In this document: positions 39,216 through 50,100 of the stretch, in pieces
Numbering within the stretch: position 1 is the first letter of the stretch
How the letters are laid out: each line of letters opens with the position of its first letter
DNA from: Azolla caroliniana
Taxonomy: Eukaryota > Plantae > Polypodiophyta
NCBI GenBank assembly: GCA_043228905.1
Contig: JBHGNT010000015.1
Location: forward strand, 806,001 to 870,000
Reading direction: 5' to 3'
DNA: 64,000 nucleotides
Notes under the pieces: model-generated
The model's input: the letters and a program-made list of their open reading frames with translations, nothing else
Database searches by the model: none
What the model was told of the DNA's origin: nothing
Translations under genes and position numbers: made by a program

Positions 39216-40862
39216 CATGTTGCGTGCTCATCTTGCTTGTACCCGTTTGGTCACTTGGCTCGTGTGGTCATCTCGGAAGGTCGACGAGTCGTGATCAACG
39301 AGAGCCACCGGCCTCATAAAACAAAGGGCAACGAGACCTTGCTCGGGAAGGGGTCGGGAAGTAGTATTATCGTAAAGCAAACCTCGTGTCTTCTCTATCC
39401 CTTGAGTACTCCCTAGTCCAAGACCCCCTGTGGTCCCGCCCAAGTAACACACGTGCGCGAAACAGAGTGCACGAGGTCACTCCGCACGAAAAATACTTCA
39501 GAAAGAAGCTGGATATTCAGTGCGATAGCATGCATGCACATAGTCGACGAAAAGCGGCAAAATCTAGATCCAAAGTCGGAGAAATGTATCCTCGTAGGAT
39601 ACTCACTCGAACAAAAGGGGTACAAATTCTACAACCCATCTACCCAAAAAGTTCGAGTAGGTCGAGGCGTCGTGTTCGACAAATCCGCATCCTGGTACGC
39701 ACCAGAGAAGATTCCGACTTCGACCCCGATTGACGCGGAACCAGCCGAACAAGAGCGAGAAAGTGGTGATCGCCTCGAAGACATGTTCAAAGATAGCGTG
39801 ATTACCACAAGACTAAGTGGGCCACAAGAGCCCCCGAGTGATCAAAGCACATCACGGCCTAGCCCGAAGATGGACAAAGGCAAGGCGAAAATGACAGAAT
39901 ATGAAGGCGATCGCTTCGACGACGATGAGTCGACTCACTCACTCGACAATGAGTTCGGCAGCTTCGATGTACCAATCGGAGCTAAGAAAGCCCTCATCTC
40001 TGCAAATGAAAAGCTCTGTCGCTCCACCCGTGAAAAGAATTTGGTTAGCCGATTCGGCTACAACGACTACATGGCATATCACAATGCCTTTATGATGAAG
40101 GTGGCGACAGTACACGAGCCGGAAACATTTTCCGAAGCAGCCAAGGATCCACGATGGATCGAAGCCATGAACGAGGAGATGCAGGCACTACGCAAGAACG
40201 AGACATGGGATCTCGTTCTCACCTCACCACACAAAAAGGTGATCAGATGCAGATGGATTTATAAAGTGAAGTGCAACGCTGACGGTCCCGTCAACCGCTA
40301 CAAAGCACGACTCGTAGCGAAAGGCTACGCCCAAACGCACAGAGTTGACTACAAGGACACCTTTGCCCCAATGGCAAAGATGACGACGGTACGGACCGTA
40401 ATTGCGCTTGCCGCGGCGAAAGGGTGGCACCTCCATCAAATGGACATCAAGAAAGCCTTTCTACAAGGCGAATTAGAAGAGGTGTACATGATACAACCAC
40501 CCGACTTCAACTCGAGCACCCATCTGAAAGTTGTATGCCGACTCAAGAAGCCACTCTACGGCCTCAACCAAGCACCGCGTGCTTGGCACTCGAAGATAAC
40601 GCAATATCTTCATCAAATCAGCTTCCGTATGTCAAAATCGGACAACTCCCTCTACATACGAAGCGATTTGGCAAGTTCGATCGTTATCATCTTATATGTG
40701 GATGACCTAGTCATTGGAGGTGAGCATCTCGTCGAAATCAATAAGGTCGAATCACTCCTTTCCGACAAGTTTGAGATGACAGACATGAAGGAGCTCCACT
40801 ACTTCCTCGACATCGAGGTAATTCGGACTCCGGCCGGAATCATGATCTCTCAACGACACTAC

Positions 40863-41034
40863 TGTCGAATACATGTGTATAATGGACGTATTCACACTAT
40901 CCCGTTTTGGCCATTTATGTAATTAGCATAAAGGGTAGTTGCCCTAAGTCGGTCACTATATATAGTGACCTTGTAACCTTTTTGTAAGGTTGGGTGTTGT
41001 ATTATTGATATATGGAATAAGAATTATTTTTGTG

Positions 41035-41073
<39 letters not shown>

Positions 41074-44000
41074 AACGACCTCCAAACTGTCATACGCAGG
41101 TATTCAGAACACAATCGAATGCTACTTGATCTTCCGCACAGACGACTTTGTCTCCAACATCTGGTATCAGAGCATTCACAGTAGTCGGTCCTTCAATCCG
41201 CTGTCGGCCGTCGTCTCAGCATTCGGTTTCCTGCGTCATTCGAAGAAGAGAGAAGAAGAAGAAAAACGAGGCCTGCATCTCATCGCGTTAGATCATCTTT
41301 GTTTGGAGTAAGCCAGCAGGTCGTACTCCGTTCCTTGTGATCGTAACCGCTCGAGGTGAAATCCCCTTGTGCAACATTGACACGATCGTGCTCCACCCGG
41401 TTAAACGGCATCCGAAGAGGTAATCAAACGCCGCTCGTTGTAACCACTCGGTGCAGATCGGTCTCAAGACAACAACCCCAAATTCGTGCTTCATCCGGCT
41501 GATCGACATTCGAGAGGATCAGTTGGATCCATCTCTCTCGTCGCTGCAGTCACCCGAAGCCGAATCGGTCCAGATAATCGGTTTCAATAATCGGTATTCG
41601 GTATATATATCCGAAGCGAACCGGGCTCACTTCGACTCGGAACCATTCGGGAAGACCAGTCGGTTCTGTCCCTCAAGTTACCGGAGTCAATTCGAGCAAG
41701 TTCAACAATACATATATTCGAAGCCGAACCGACTCAGGTTCAAATCCGACTAGAACGATATCGGGTGAGCCAACCGGCTGCACTCCAACAAGGTTCGTAG
41801 TCAACTCCGAACCGAGCTTCGTTAACCGAAACCAAATTTGATGGCATCAACATCCGGCTCGTCAGAAATGAGTCTACGAAAGTTCGATGGATCGAACTTC
41901 AACTTCTGGAAGGAGCAAATGCAGGACTATCTCATAGTCAAGGGGCAAATCGATCCCATCGAAAATGAAGAACCTCCAGAAGGATACAAACCAATTGAGT
42001 GGCAGAAGCTGGACAGAATTGTCCGCGCCACGATTCGGATGCACCTATCGGAATCGGTATACTTTACGGTGCAATCGTGTACGACAGCATTCGAACTGTG
42101 GAAAACACTGTCGGACACTTACGAAAAGAAGGTCGCCGCAACGAAGATGTTTCTGATCCGGCGCCTCTACAACTTGCGGATGAAAGAATCCGATTCGGTT
42201 CAAGCACACCTCAATGAGTACGAAAGCATAAGCTCCCAAATCTCGTCACAGGGGACGGCAATCGAGGATGAACTCAGAGCAATGATACTCATGAGCAGCC
42301 TTCCCTCATCATGGGAAACTTTCGTCACAACCGTGTGCAACGCGTCAACCACGGCTGTTAAATACTCCGAAGTCACGAGCGCAATCCTGACCGAAGCAGC
42401 TCGGAGAAAGTCTTTCGCCAAAGACTCAACAGATGACGCTTACATAGTACAAGGTTCGACAGACCGATCGAACATACGAGGAAGAGATTCCTCACGACCG
42501 CCGAACAATCAGCGAAGACGGAGCCAGTCACGGGATAACCGAATCTGCAACTATTGCAAGAAACCCGGACACATCAAAGCAGACTGCCGCGCACTCAAGA
42601 ACAAGAACAACAAGAAGAGTGGCCGGCATGAGGAGATCAATTACGTCAGCTTCTCAGCTGATGTACTACCGGACGACCCGAATATACTATCAATCGAAAA
42701 TCCAGTCGGATCAGAAGTTCTACTCACGACTGAAGAATCGAGCACATGGCTCTTAGATTCGGGCGCGTCATTTCACGTGACTCCTCATCGATCCCAATTC
42801 CGGCAATATACGATCCGTCACTCCGACTCAGTTCGAGTCGGCAACTCACAACACTGTGACATTATCGGAATCGGCACAGTAGAGCTCAACCTTGCAGGTG
42901 GCTCTACACTTGTACTCCACAATGTCCGACATGTACCCGAGCTCTCAAGGCCATTGATCTCAGTCGGACAACTAGATGAAGACGGCATTCGTGCCGGTTT
43001 TTCTTCGGGAGGGTGGACACTCCACAGGGGGAACCTCCTGCTTGCTAGAGGACCCAAGATACACTCCCTGTATCCGTTACATGTTACGCTCAGAGAGGGT
43101 AACCTGTTTTTGGTGGATATTCCTGTGTCATCACTATGGCACCGAAGATTAGGACACCTCAGCAAGGCCGGCATCACGCACCTATCTAGAGCCGGATACA
43201 TCCCCAAACTCTCCTTCTCCGACCATCAATTTTGCGAGCATTGCCAGTATGGCAAACAAGCAGCCGCATCACACTCGACATCAGCACCAAGAGAAACGAG
43301 ACCTCTCGATTTGGTCCACTCGGACGTCTGTGGCCCAATGCCGCATCAGTCTCTAGGCGGTGCCTCTTACTTCGTCACTTTTATTGACGATTCGACTCGA
43401 AAGGTGTGGGCTTATCCAATTCGCACCAAAGATCGGGTCTTCTCGATCTTCTCCGATTGGCTCGCTATGGTAGAAAATCAAACCGACCGAAAACTGAAAT
43501 GCTTTCGGACCGACAATGGGGGAGAGTTCAAATCAGAAGAATTCGTCAAATTCTGCCGACAACGCGGCATCCGACGTGAATTTACGGCACCACACAGCCC
43601 GGAGCAAAACGGGATTGCCGAACGCATGAATCGGACAATCCAAGAACGGATAGTTTCCATGCTCCAACACTCCGGACTGTCGGATGGCTTCTGGGCAGAG
43701 GCTCTACTCACGGCAGTACACATAATCAATATGTCGCCAAGTAGACCTCTAGGACTTCAAATTCCTCAGGAACTCTGGAACGGCAGTAAGCCGAATTACG
43801 ACAAGCTGAGGATCTTCGGATGCGAGGCGTACGCCCTTATTCCGAAAGATGATCGCCGAAAACTTGCACCTCGGTCCAGGAAATGCATTTTCCTTGGATA
43901 TGGATCCGACGGCGAAATGGGATACCGACTCTGGGACCCCGAACGCAGGCAAATCGTTCGAAGTTCGGACGTTGTGTTCAACGAGTCGGCTATGAATCCA

Positions 44001-46219
44001 TCAGTCGAAAAACCGATCGAAGTCCGAAGGGTAACGTTTTCCGATGTGCCGACCCTTCAAGAAGGCCCCGCTCTCAACACACGGTCAGCTTCACGGGTAG
44101 CTGAACCTTACACTACCGACTCGGACAACCCCGACTCGGCACAGCAGAACAATCCGCTTTCGGACCATCCGACCTTGATACCCGATGCGACCAGTCCAAT
44201 CTTACCTCGCCGATCCGAGAGACTGTTGCAACCTCCGGAGAGGTATTCTCCTGGAATTTTCTTCACCGACGCCGGCGAACCGACGTCTTACGAAGAAGCA
44301 TCGACATCTGTCGATTCAGCCACCTGGCATCTGGCGATGGAGTCGGAAATGCACTCCATTCGGGCAAACAAGACTTGGGATCTGGTCGAATTACCTAGGA
44401 ACCGACGTGCTCTTCCTTGCAAGTGGGTTTATCGACTAAAAGAGACGTCTGATTCGACCACCCCAAAGTACAAGGCCAGATTAGTTGCGAAGGGCTTCCG
44501 ACAAGAATATGGCGTCGACTTCGACGAGATTTTTTCACCAGTGGTGAAAATGACAACCCTTCGTTTTCTGCTCGGCGTCGTGGCAGCCGACAACTTGGAG
44601 CTGATTCAGCTAGATGTCAAAACAGCCTTCCTCCATGGTGATCTCGAGGAGGAAATTTATATGGAGCAGCCAAAAGGCTTCGTGGCAACTGGCCAAGAAC
44701 ATCTAGTCTGCCGACTCAGGAAGAGTCTATACGGCCTCAAACAGGCACCGCGACAATGGTACAAGAAGTTCGACGACTTCATCCAATCGATCGGCTTCTC
44801 AAAAAGCGATGAGGACCATTGTCTCTTTACCAACACAGCTCAAGATGGATCACCCATCTTCCTCATCATTTACGTGGACGACATGCTAATTTCTGGACGC
44901 CACGCGGGCGAACTTGCCGATCTCATTCGGCGACTGCGGTTGAAGTTTGCCATGAAGGACCTCGGTCCGGCACGACACATACTCGGCATGAAGATTAGTC
45001 GGCATCGCGATAAACGACATCTTTTTCTGTCTCAGACCGACTATATCCGACGTGTCTTAGAACGCTTCAACATGCAATCAGCCAAATCTGCTTCAACCCC
45101 GCTCCCCATGAATCTTCGGCTCTCTCAGCGAGACTGCCCGACATCCGGTCCGGAGGGGGAAGATATGAAGTCGGTACCGTATGCACCGGCAGTCGGCTCC
45201 CTTATGTACCTGATGGTCGCGACACGGCCTGATATCTCTCATGCCGTAGGAGTCGTTAGCAGATTTATGCACAATCCTGGCCGATCGCATTGGAACGCAG
45301 TCAAGCATGTGTTCAGATATCTGGCTGGCACAAAAGACCACGGCATTCTTTTCGGTCCGAACCGAACCTCAGGCGTAGTCGGTTACACCGACTCGGATTT
45401 CGCCGGCTGTATAGACAGTCGGAAATCAACAACCGGATATTGCTTCAAATTCGGCAATGGAGCAATCTCGTGGAAGTCGAAACTTCAGGAGTGCACAGCG
45501 ACCTCAACGACCGAAGCAGAATATGTAGCTGCGTCCGACGCAGCAAAAGAAGCTTTGTGGCTCGGTCGGCTGGCGCACACGTTTCGACAAGTCGACCATG
45601 ACTCGGCCCCAGTTGTCTACAGCGACAGTCAAGGTGATGTTGCCTTGTCAAAAAATCCGGTTCACCACAACGCCTCCAAACATATCGACGTTCGATATCA
45701 CTTCGTTCGGGACTGCGTCATCTCAGGGAAAATCGGTCTAGAGAAAATATCCACAACCGACAATGTCGCAGATGGAATGACCAAGTGTCTCTCGGCAGAC
45801 CGCTTTCGGTCTCTTCGGCATCAGATGGGCGTAACGACAAACCAGTCCGGTTAGAGCCGGACACAGAGCAGGATGGTTCCCGACAACCGACATCAGTTCC
45901 TTAATGATCGGCTTCAACTGTTCCGACCCGACCAGTTCGGTCTTCTGCCTTCGGACCCTGCCGACTCGAACAAAGCTGATATGTCCGAGAACCTAAGTCT
46001 ATACCTGTAATCTTAGATAACCCATGTATACGCCCATTACGGGGGAGTGTCGAATACATGTGTATAATGGACGTATTCACACTATCCCGTTTTGGCCATT
46101 TATGTAATTAGCATAAAGGGTAGTTGCCCTAAGTCGGTCACTATATATAATGACCTTGTAACCTTTTTGTAAGGTTGGGTGTTGTATTATTGATATATGG
46201 AATAAGAATTATTTTTGTG

Positions 46220-46290
<71 letters not shown>

Positions 46291-46376
46291 AACGACCTCC
46301 AAACTGTCATACGCAGGTATTCAGAACACAATCGAATGCTACTTGATCTTCCGCACAGACGACTTTGTCTCCAACA
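40863..46376 (+). mobile_element. Intact young Ty1/Copia element D (Tork/Tnt1-like)
   Basis: LTRs 40863-41159 and 46048-46376 differ by one substitution plus (CT)17 vs (CT)33. TSD ACTAC; PBS TGGTATCAGAGC at 41162-41173; PPT GGGGGAG at 46041-46047. Confidence 0.98.
41838..45854 (+). CDS. Copia gag-pol polyprotein, 1338 aa, uninterrupted
   Basis: CNYCKKPGHIKADC knuckle; WLLDSGASFH protease; WHRRLGH..CEHC; integrase HSDVCGP/TDNGGEF/AER; RT YVDDML; RNase H YTDSD...ADGMTK. Confidence 0.97.
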   Translation: MMASTSGSSEMSLRKFDGSNFNFWKEQMQDYLIVKGQIDPIENEEPPEGYKPIEWQKLDRIVRATIRMHLSESVYFTVQSCTTAFELWKTLSDTYEKKVAATKMFLIRRLYNLRMKESDSVQAHLNEYESISSQISSQGTAIEDELRAMILMSSLPSSWETFVTTVCNASTTAVKYSEVTSAILTEAARRKSFAKDSTDDAYIVQGSTDRSNIRGRDSSRPPNNQRRRSQSRDNRICNYCKKPGHIKADCRALKNKNNKKSGRHEEINYVSFSADVLPDDPNILSIENPVGSEVLLTTEESSTWLLDSGASFHVTPHRSQFRQYTIRHSDSVRVGNSQHCDIIGIGTVELNLAGGSTLVLHNVRHVPELSRPLISVGQLDEDGIRAGFSSGGWTLHRGNLLLARGPKIHSLYPLHVTLREGNLFLVDIPVSSLWHRRLGHLSKAGITHLSRAGYIPKLSFSDHQFCEHCQYGKQAAASHSTSAPRETRPLDLVHSDVCGPMPHQSLGGASYFVTFIDDSTRKVWAYPIRTKDRVFSIFSDWLAMVENQTDRKLKCFRTDNGGEFKSEEFVKFCRQRGIRREFTAPHSPEQNGIAERMNRTIQERIVSMLQHSGLSDGFWAEALLTAVHIINMSPSRPLGLQIPQELWNGSKPNYDKLRIFGCEAYALIPKDDRRKLAPRSRKCIFLGYGSDGEMGYRLWDPERRQIVRSSDVVFNESAMNPSVEKPIEVRRVTFSDVPTLQEGPALNTRSASRVAEPYTTDSDNPDSAQQNNPLSDHPTLIPDATSPILPRRSERLLQPPERYSPGIFFTDAGEPTSYEEASTSVDSATWHLAMESEMHSIRANKTWDLVELPRNRRALPCKWVYRLKETSDSTTPKYKARLVAKGFRQEYGVDFDEIFSPVVKMTTLRFLLGVVAADNLELIQLDVKTAFLHGDLEEEIYMEQPKGFVATGQEHLVCRLRKSLYGLKQAPRQWYKKFDDFIQSIGFSKSDEDHCLFTNTAQDGSPIFLIIYVDDMLISGRHAGELADLIRRLRLKFAMKDLGPARHILGMKISRHRDKRHLFLSQTDYIRRVLERFNMQSAKSASTPLPMNLRLSQRDCPTSGPEGEDMKSVPYAPAVGSLMYLMVATRPDISHAVGVVSRFMHNPGRSHWNAVKHVFRYLAGTKDHGILFGPNRTSGVVGYTDSDFAGCIDSRKSTTGYCFKFGNGAISWKSKLQECTATSTTEAEYVAASDAAKEALWLGRLAHTFRQVDHDSAPVVYSDSQGDVALSKNPVHHNASKHIDVRYHFVRDCVISGKIGLEKISTTDNVADGMTKCLSADRFRSLRHQMGVTTNQSG

Positions 46377-47160
46377 ACTACATCCTCAACTTGTTATACA
46401 AGTTTGGGATGGCTGAGTGCAAATCTGCAACAACCCCGCTCGATCGCATTCTCAAACTAGATGCGAACTACGGCACCAAAGCGTGTGACTCGAGGGGTAC
46501 ACAGACGCCGATTGGGTCGGCTACAAAGCCGATAGAAGATCAACCTCCGGATTTGTTTTTTCCCTCGATAGCGAAGCAATATCCTGGAACAGCAAAAAGC
46601 AACCAACCGTCGCTCTTTCGAGCACAGAGGCGGAATACAGGGGCGCGGCAGTGGCCGCATGTGAAGCCATATGGCTCAAAAGGATACTCAAGGATCTGGG
46701 CGTACCCATCAAGGATCTGACTTCCCTTTACTGCGACAACATGAGCAATATCTATCTGGCTCGGAACCCGGTATTCCACGCGCGGACAAAGCACATCGAA
46801 GTGCACTATCACTTCATCCGAGAGCGCGTTCTAGTTGGCGATATCGACCTACAACACATTAGCACAAATCTTCAAACGACTGACATCTTCATTAAAGCCT
46901 TAGGAGCCGACAAGCTATGGCAATTCATGACCGATCTCGGATTGACGATCCCTGACTTGCCAAGCTTGAGGGGGAGTACTGAAGACACTACGCAATAACA
47001 CGTGGATTCCGCAACCGCGCAACGAAACTGCGAAGAGCCGATGTACCGTGCAAAGCCGCGAAGAACGACGCAAGCTGAAGCACAGACTTCGCAATTACGC
47101 ACAACGCAAGCTGGAGCACGGAATCCGCAACTCCGCATAAATGTGAGTCGACGCGTCAAG

Positions 47161-50100
47161 TTGTTGTTGTAAGTCAGCTTCTCGCTTTTGTGCTTGCTCA
47201 CGGATGCGATCGATTTCCTCCTTGGCCTCCTTGGCCTCCTGATATCTTTTTCTGGCCTCTTGATATCTTTTTTGGCCTTCTTGGCAATCATTGTTTGGGC
47301 AACCAATTCTTCTTCATAGTGCGGTGGCGGGGCCGTTGTCGTGTCAGAGGGTAGGGGTGGGTTGTGTTCGGTGGCAGTGATCGGTTCAGGAGTTTCCTTG
47401 GCCTGGTGGATAGGTGGACGTGTGGAAGCATTTGCATGACTAGTGTTGAGAGTTGGGAGGGCGAGAAGGTCGTTTTGCCCTAAGTTTCCGTTCAAGCTCC
47501 ATAAATTTGGCTTCGGAAGCCTGCCAAAGCTTCATTGTTGTCTTGGCTTTCTTGCGCGCTTCTTTGCTACATATAGCCATGTCCTTGACTGCACATGTCG
47601 TTCTGTCCAATTCCTGTAAGGCTTCTACCACGACCGTGTTTAGCTCGGGCAACTCGACGAGGAGGCGGTTGCTCTTGCTCTGTCACTTTCAGACGATTTT
47701 CTCCAGAGCCGGCTCTTGATCCGACTTGAGGTCTCCTATGAGAGCTCACTGAATCATTTGCTTTTCTGCTTGTTCTTCGGCCATGCGTGTTGCGGATGCT
47801 ATCTGGAGTCGAGCAAGGAAATCTAGTAGCTTGTGGGAAGTCTCATGTCACAAAATCGCACCGAGCTCATAAGTGTCAGTTGGCAGGTCCTAAAAATTCA
47901 ACACGACATCTTTTGAGGTCTTAGAGGCCTATCCCTTCTCTAAAGTCCTTAGTTGAGACAGAGTCGTGTCGGGGACAACGGTTATGGTCTTGGCTGGTGC
48001 GACGACCATTTGTAGATTGATCGCCGAGGAGTCCCCCTTTGCCTCTTCCTCGTTGTGTCTTTGTAACCGGTGTTGCTTTTTAGCGTGGCTCGGTTGAGCG
48101 GATGCCTTATGTACATTCACCGGATCCTCTCTTGGCCGTTTAGGTCGATCACAAGAGGGTTGTTTCTTGTTTTCAACAGAGGGTTTCCGGGTCTTCTCCC
48201 GGAGTTCTTGTCGAGGGCTTTGCAGGGTGGTTGGGGCTTCGTCACCGTGACTGATGGTTTGGGCTTTCGCACCCCGAGATGGTGATATCTTCAATTGTCT
48301 CTTGTGTCTTAGTGGCTTGTGTCGGTTGTGGTGATGTTTGGGAAGGAGTGGAATCCTGCCATTCGTCGTGGGCAAACTCCAGAGATCTTTGGCGTTTGGT
48401 CTGAGTGGGCTCGACAGGGTGGGCGGGGGTTCTCTGAAGTGCGACGGCAGAATGGGGTGGGAAAAACACAGGTAGGTAATGTGTTAGGGCAAGTATGAAC
48501 TTCTTCACTTCCTGAAAAGCTAAAAGCCTTGCTTGGACCCCTTCCCCGGTGATGATCCCTCAGTCGAGTATGTCGCCGGTGTAGGCGATGATGATAATTC
48601 TTGCCCTATTTTTAGGCATGCCATAGGCGTTGGCGTGCACGCAAGCGATTTCTATGAGAACGCGGGCCAAGTCACCAAAAAACTCATTTGGCCCTCGCGT
48701 GTGATAGGCTTTTGTCGACACCGAGTAATCCTCAAAATGGGCCTCGAGGATGTATTGAGGTGGGACCTCGATCTCATGATGGCCGTCGTGTTTCAGACCC
48801 AACACATACCGAATCTGGTCATTGGTGATGGTGTCAGGATGCACGCGCGGGCCGATTTCTTGTGCTTAGGGTGGGGCGGTGCATCTACAACTTTCAGGTA
48901 ACCACCCAGGCCGTCTCTACTCAATAGGGTTTGGGGTTTAGGGGTGTGGGGTTTATGTCGAGCTCCATGGTGACTTCGAGTGGCATGTTTAGCTCAGTTG
49001 ATTGAGAGTAAGGCAGAGAGCGAGAGCTTATGTCCAGGGAGCGAGAGAGCGAAGAGTGTTCACATAAGGCTTGAGGATTGTGTGCTGACGAAATCCAACC
49101 CCCTAGATTGACCCATGCGTTGGCAAAGGTCGTATTGTCGGCAAAGTTAGTGAGCATCCTTCTGTGTTGTCGGCCACCATAAGCTGCTTTGCCAAACCTT
49201 TTCGCCCTCGGATCATCTGCGTAGTGTCCCCCCGCAATTCCATAAAGGGCATCTCGAAGAATGACATCTTTTTCGAAATTCGGAATTGCTCGCTGCCAAA
49301 TTCCGTCTGAGCCTTTTGTGATATAATGTGTTGGTTATGAGGTAGAAGTTCCAACTTCGAATGACCAAACACTTCTTTGCGTCGAGGGGCAAGTATTCAG
49401 GTGGAAGACCCGTGCTGAGGAAGTATATAATTTCGTTTATCCCCCAACTTCAGATTCCGGATTCGATAGTGCGGGGGCAATTTCAAAAATGTCGGCATCA
49501 GGGAGATCGTCATAAACACTTTCACCTGGTTCTCCTTATTCGAGTCGACTGAGGTAGTCGGCCACCGAGTGTTGTACCCTAGGGCGATGATGTATATCAA
49601 ATTCAAACTCTTGTAAGAACAACATCCATAGAGCCAATCTTCTGATCCGCGACTCCTTTGTTACCAAGTATAAAAGGGTTGAGTGATTGACATGGAACGT
49701 GAATTTTCGGCCAAGAAGATAGTGCCGAAACTTGGTAATGTTGTAGATCATGGCGAGCACTTCTCTCTTCGTAGTCGAATAATTTCTTTCGGCAACTGAG
49801 AGACGTTGGCTAGCATAGTATATTGGCCATTACCAATTTGGAGGCGTCGTCTGCATTAAAGCACTCCTGATGGCCACGTCGGAAACGTTGACGAAAACGC
49901 GGAAGGGTTGCGATCAATTGAGCGGATGTACAACCGGCCTGTGAGACATCATGATCTTTAGAGCCTTGTATGCTTCGTCTTCTGGTGCTATCCACCGAAA
50001 AGGTGTTTAAATGTGAACCGTTGCATGTAGTGGTGTCACGAAATGTAGGAGTGTTTTCGTCTTTTGGTGTTGTCCATCGAACATGTGTTTTTGCATGAGA

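Larger units (their letters stand above)
37021..39464 (+). mobile_element. Solo-LTR-like insert B inside the Copia A integrase
   Basis: TGTCATG...GAAACA termini; TATA-like cctataaaagg near 37405. The integrase frame breaks at YLMN(W)C and resumes at GVHEVTPHE. No TSD; a few host codons appear to be missing. Confidence 0.7.
34449..47160 (+). mobile_element. Degenerate Ty1/Copia element A (5' LTR present, 3' LTR missing), interrupted by nested inserts
   Basis: LTR TGTTGAGAATC...TTTACA at 34449-34836; Met-i PBS TGGTATCAGAGC at 34837-34848. gag from 35005 (TAG at 35056, frameshifts); WFVDSGASNHM protease; integrase 36.4-37.0 kb resuming at 39465; RT 40.2-40.86 kb resuming at 46382; RNase [19 protein letters not shown] ending 46998. 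Confidence 0.93.
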
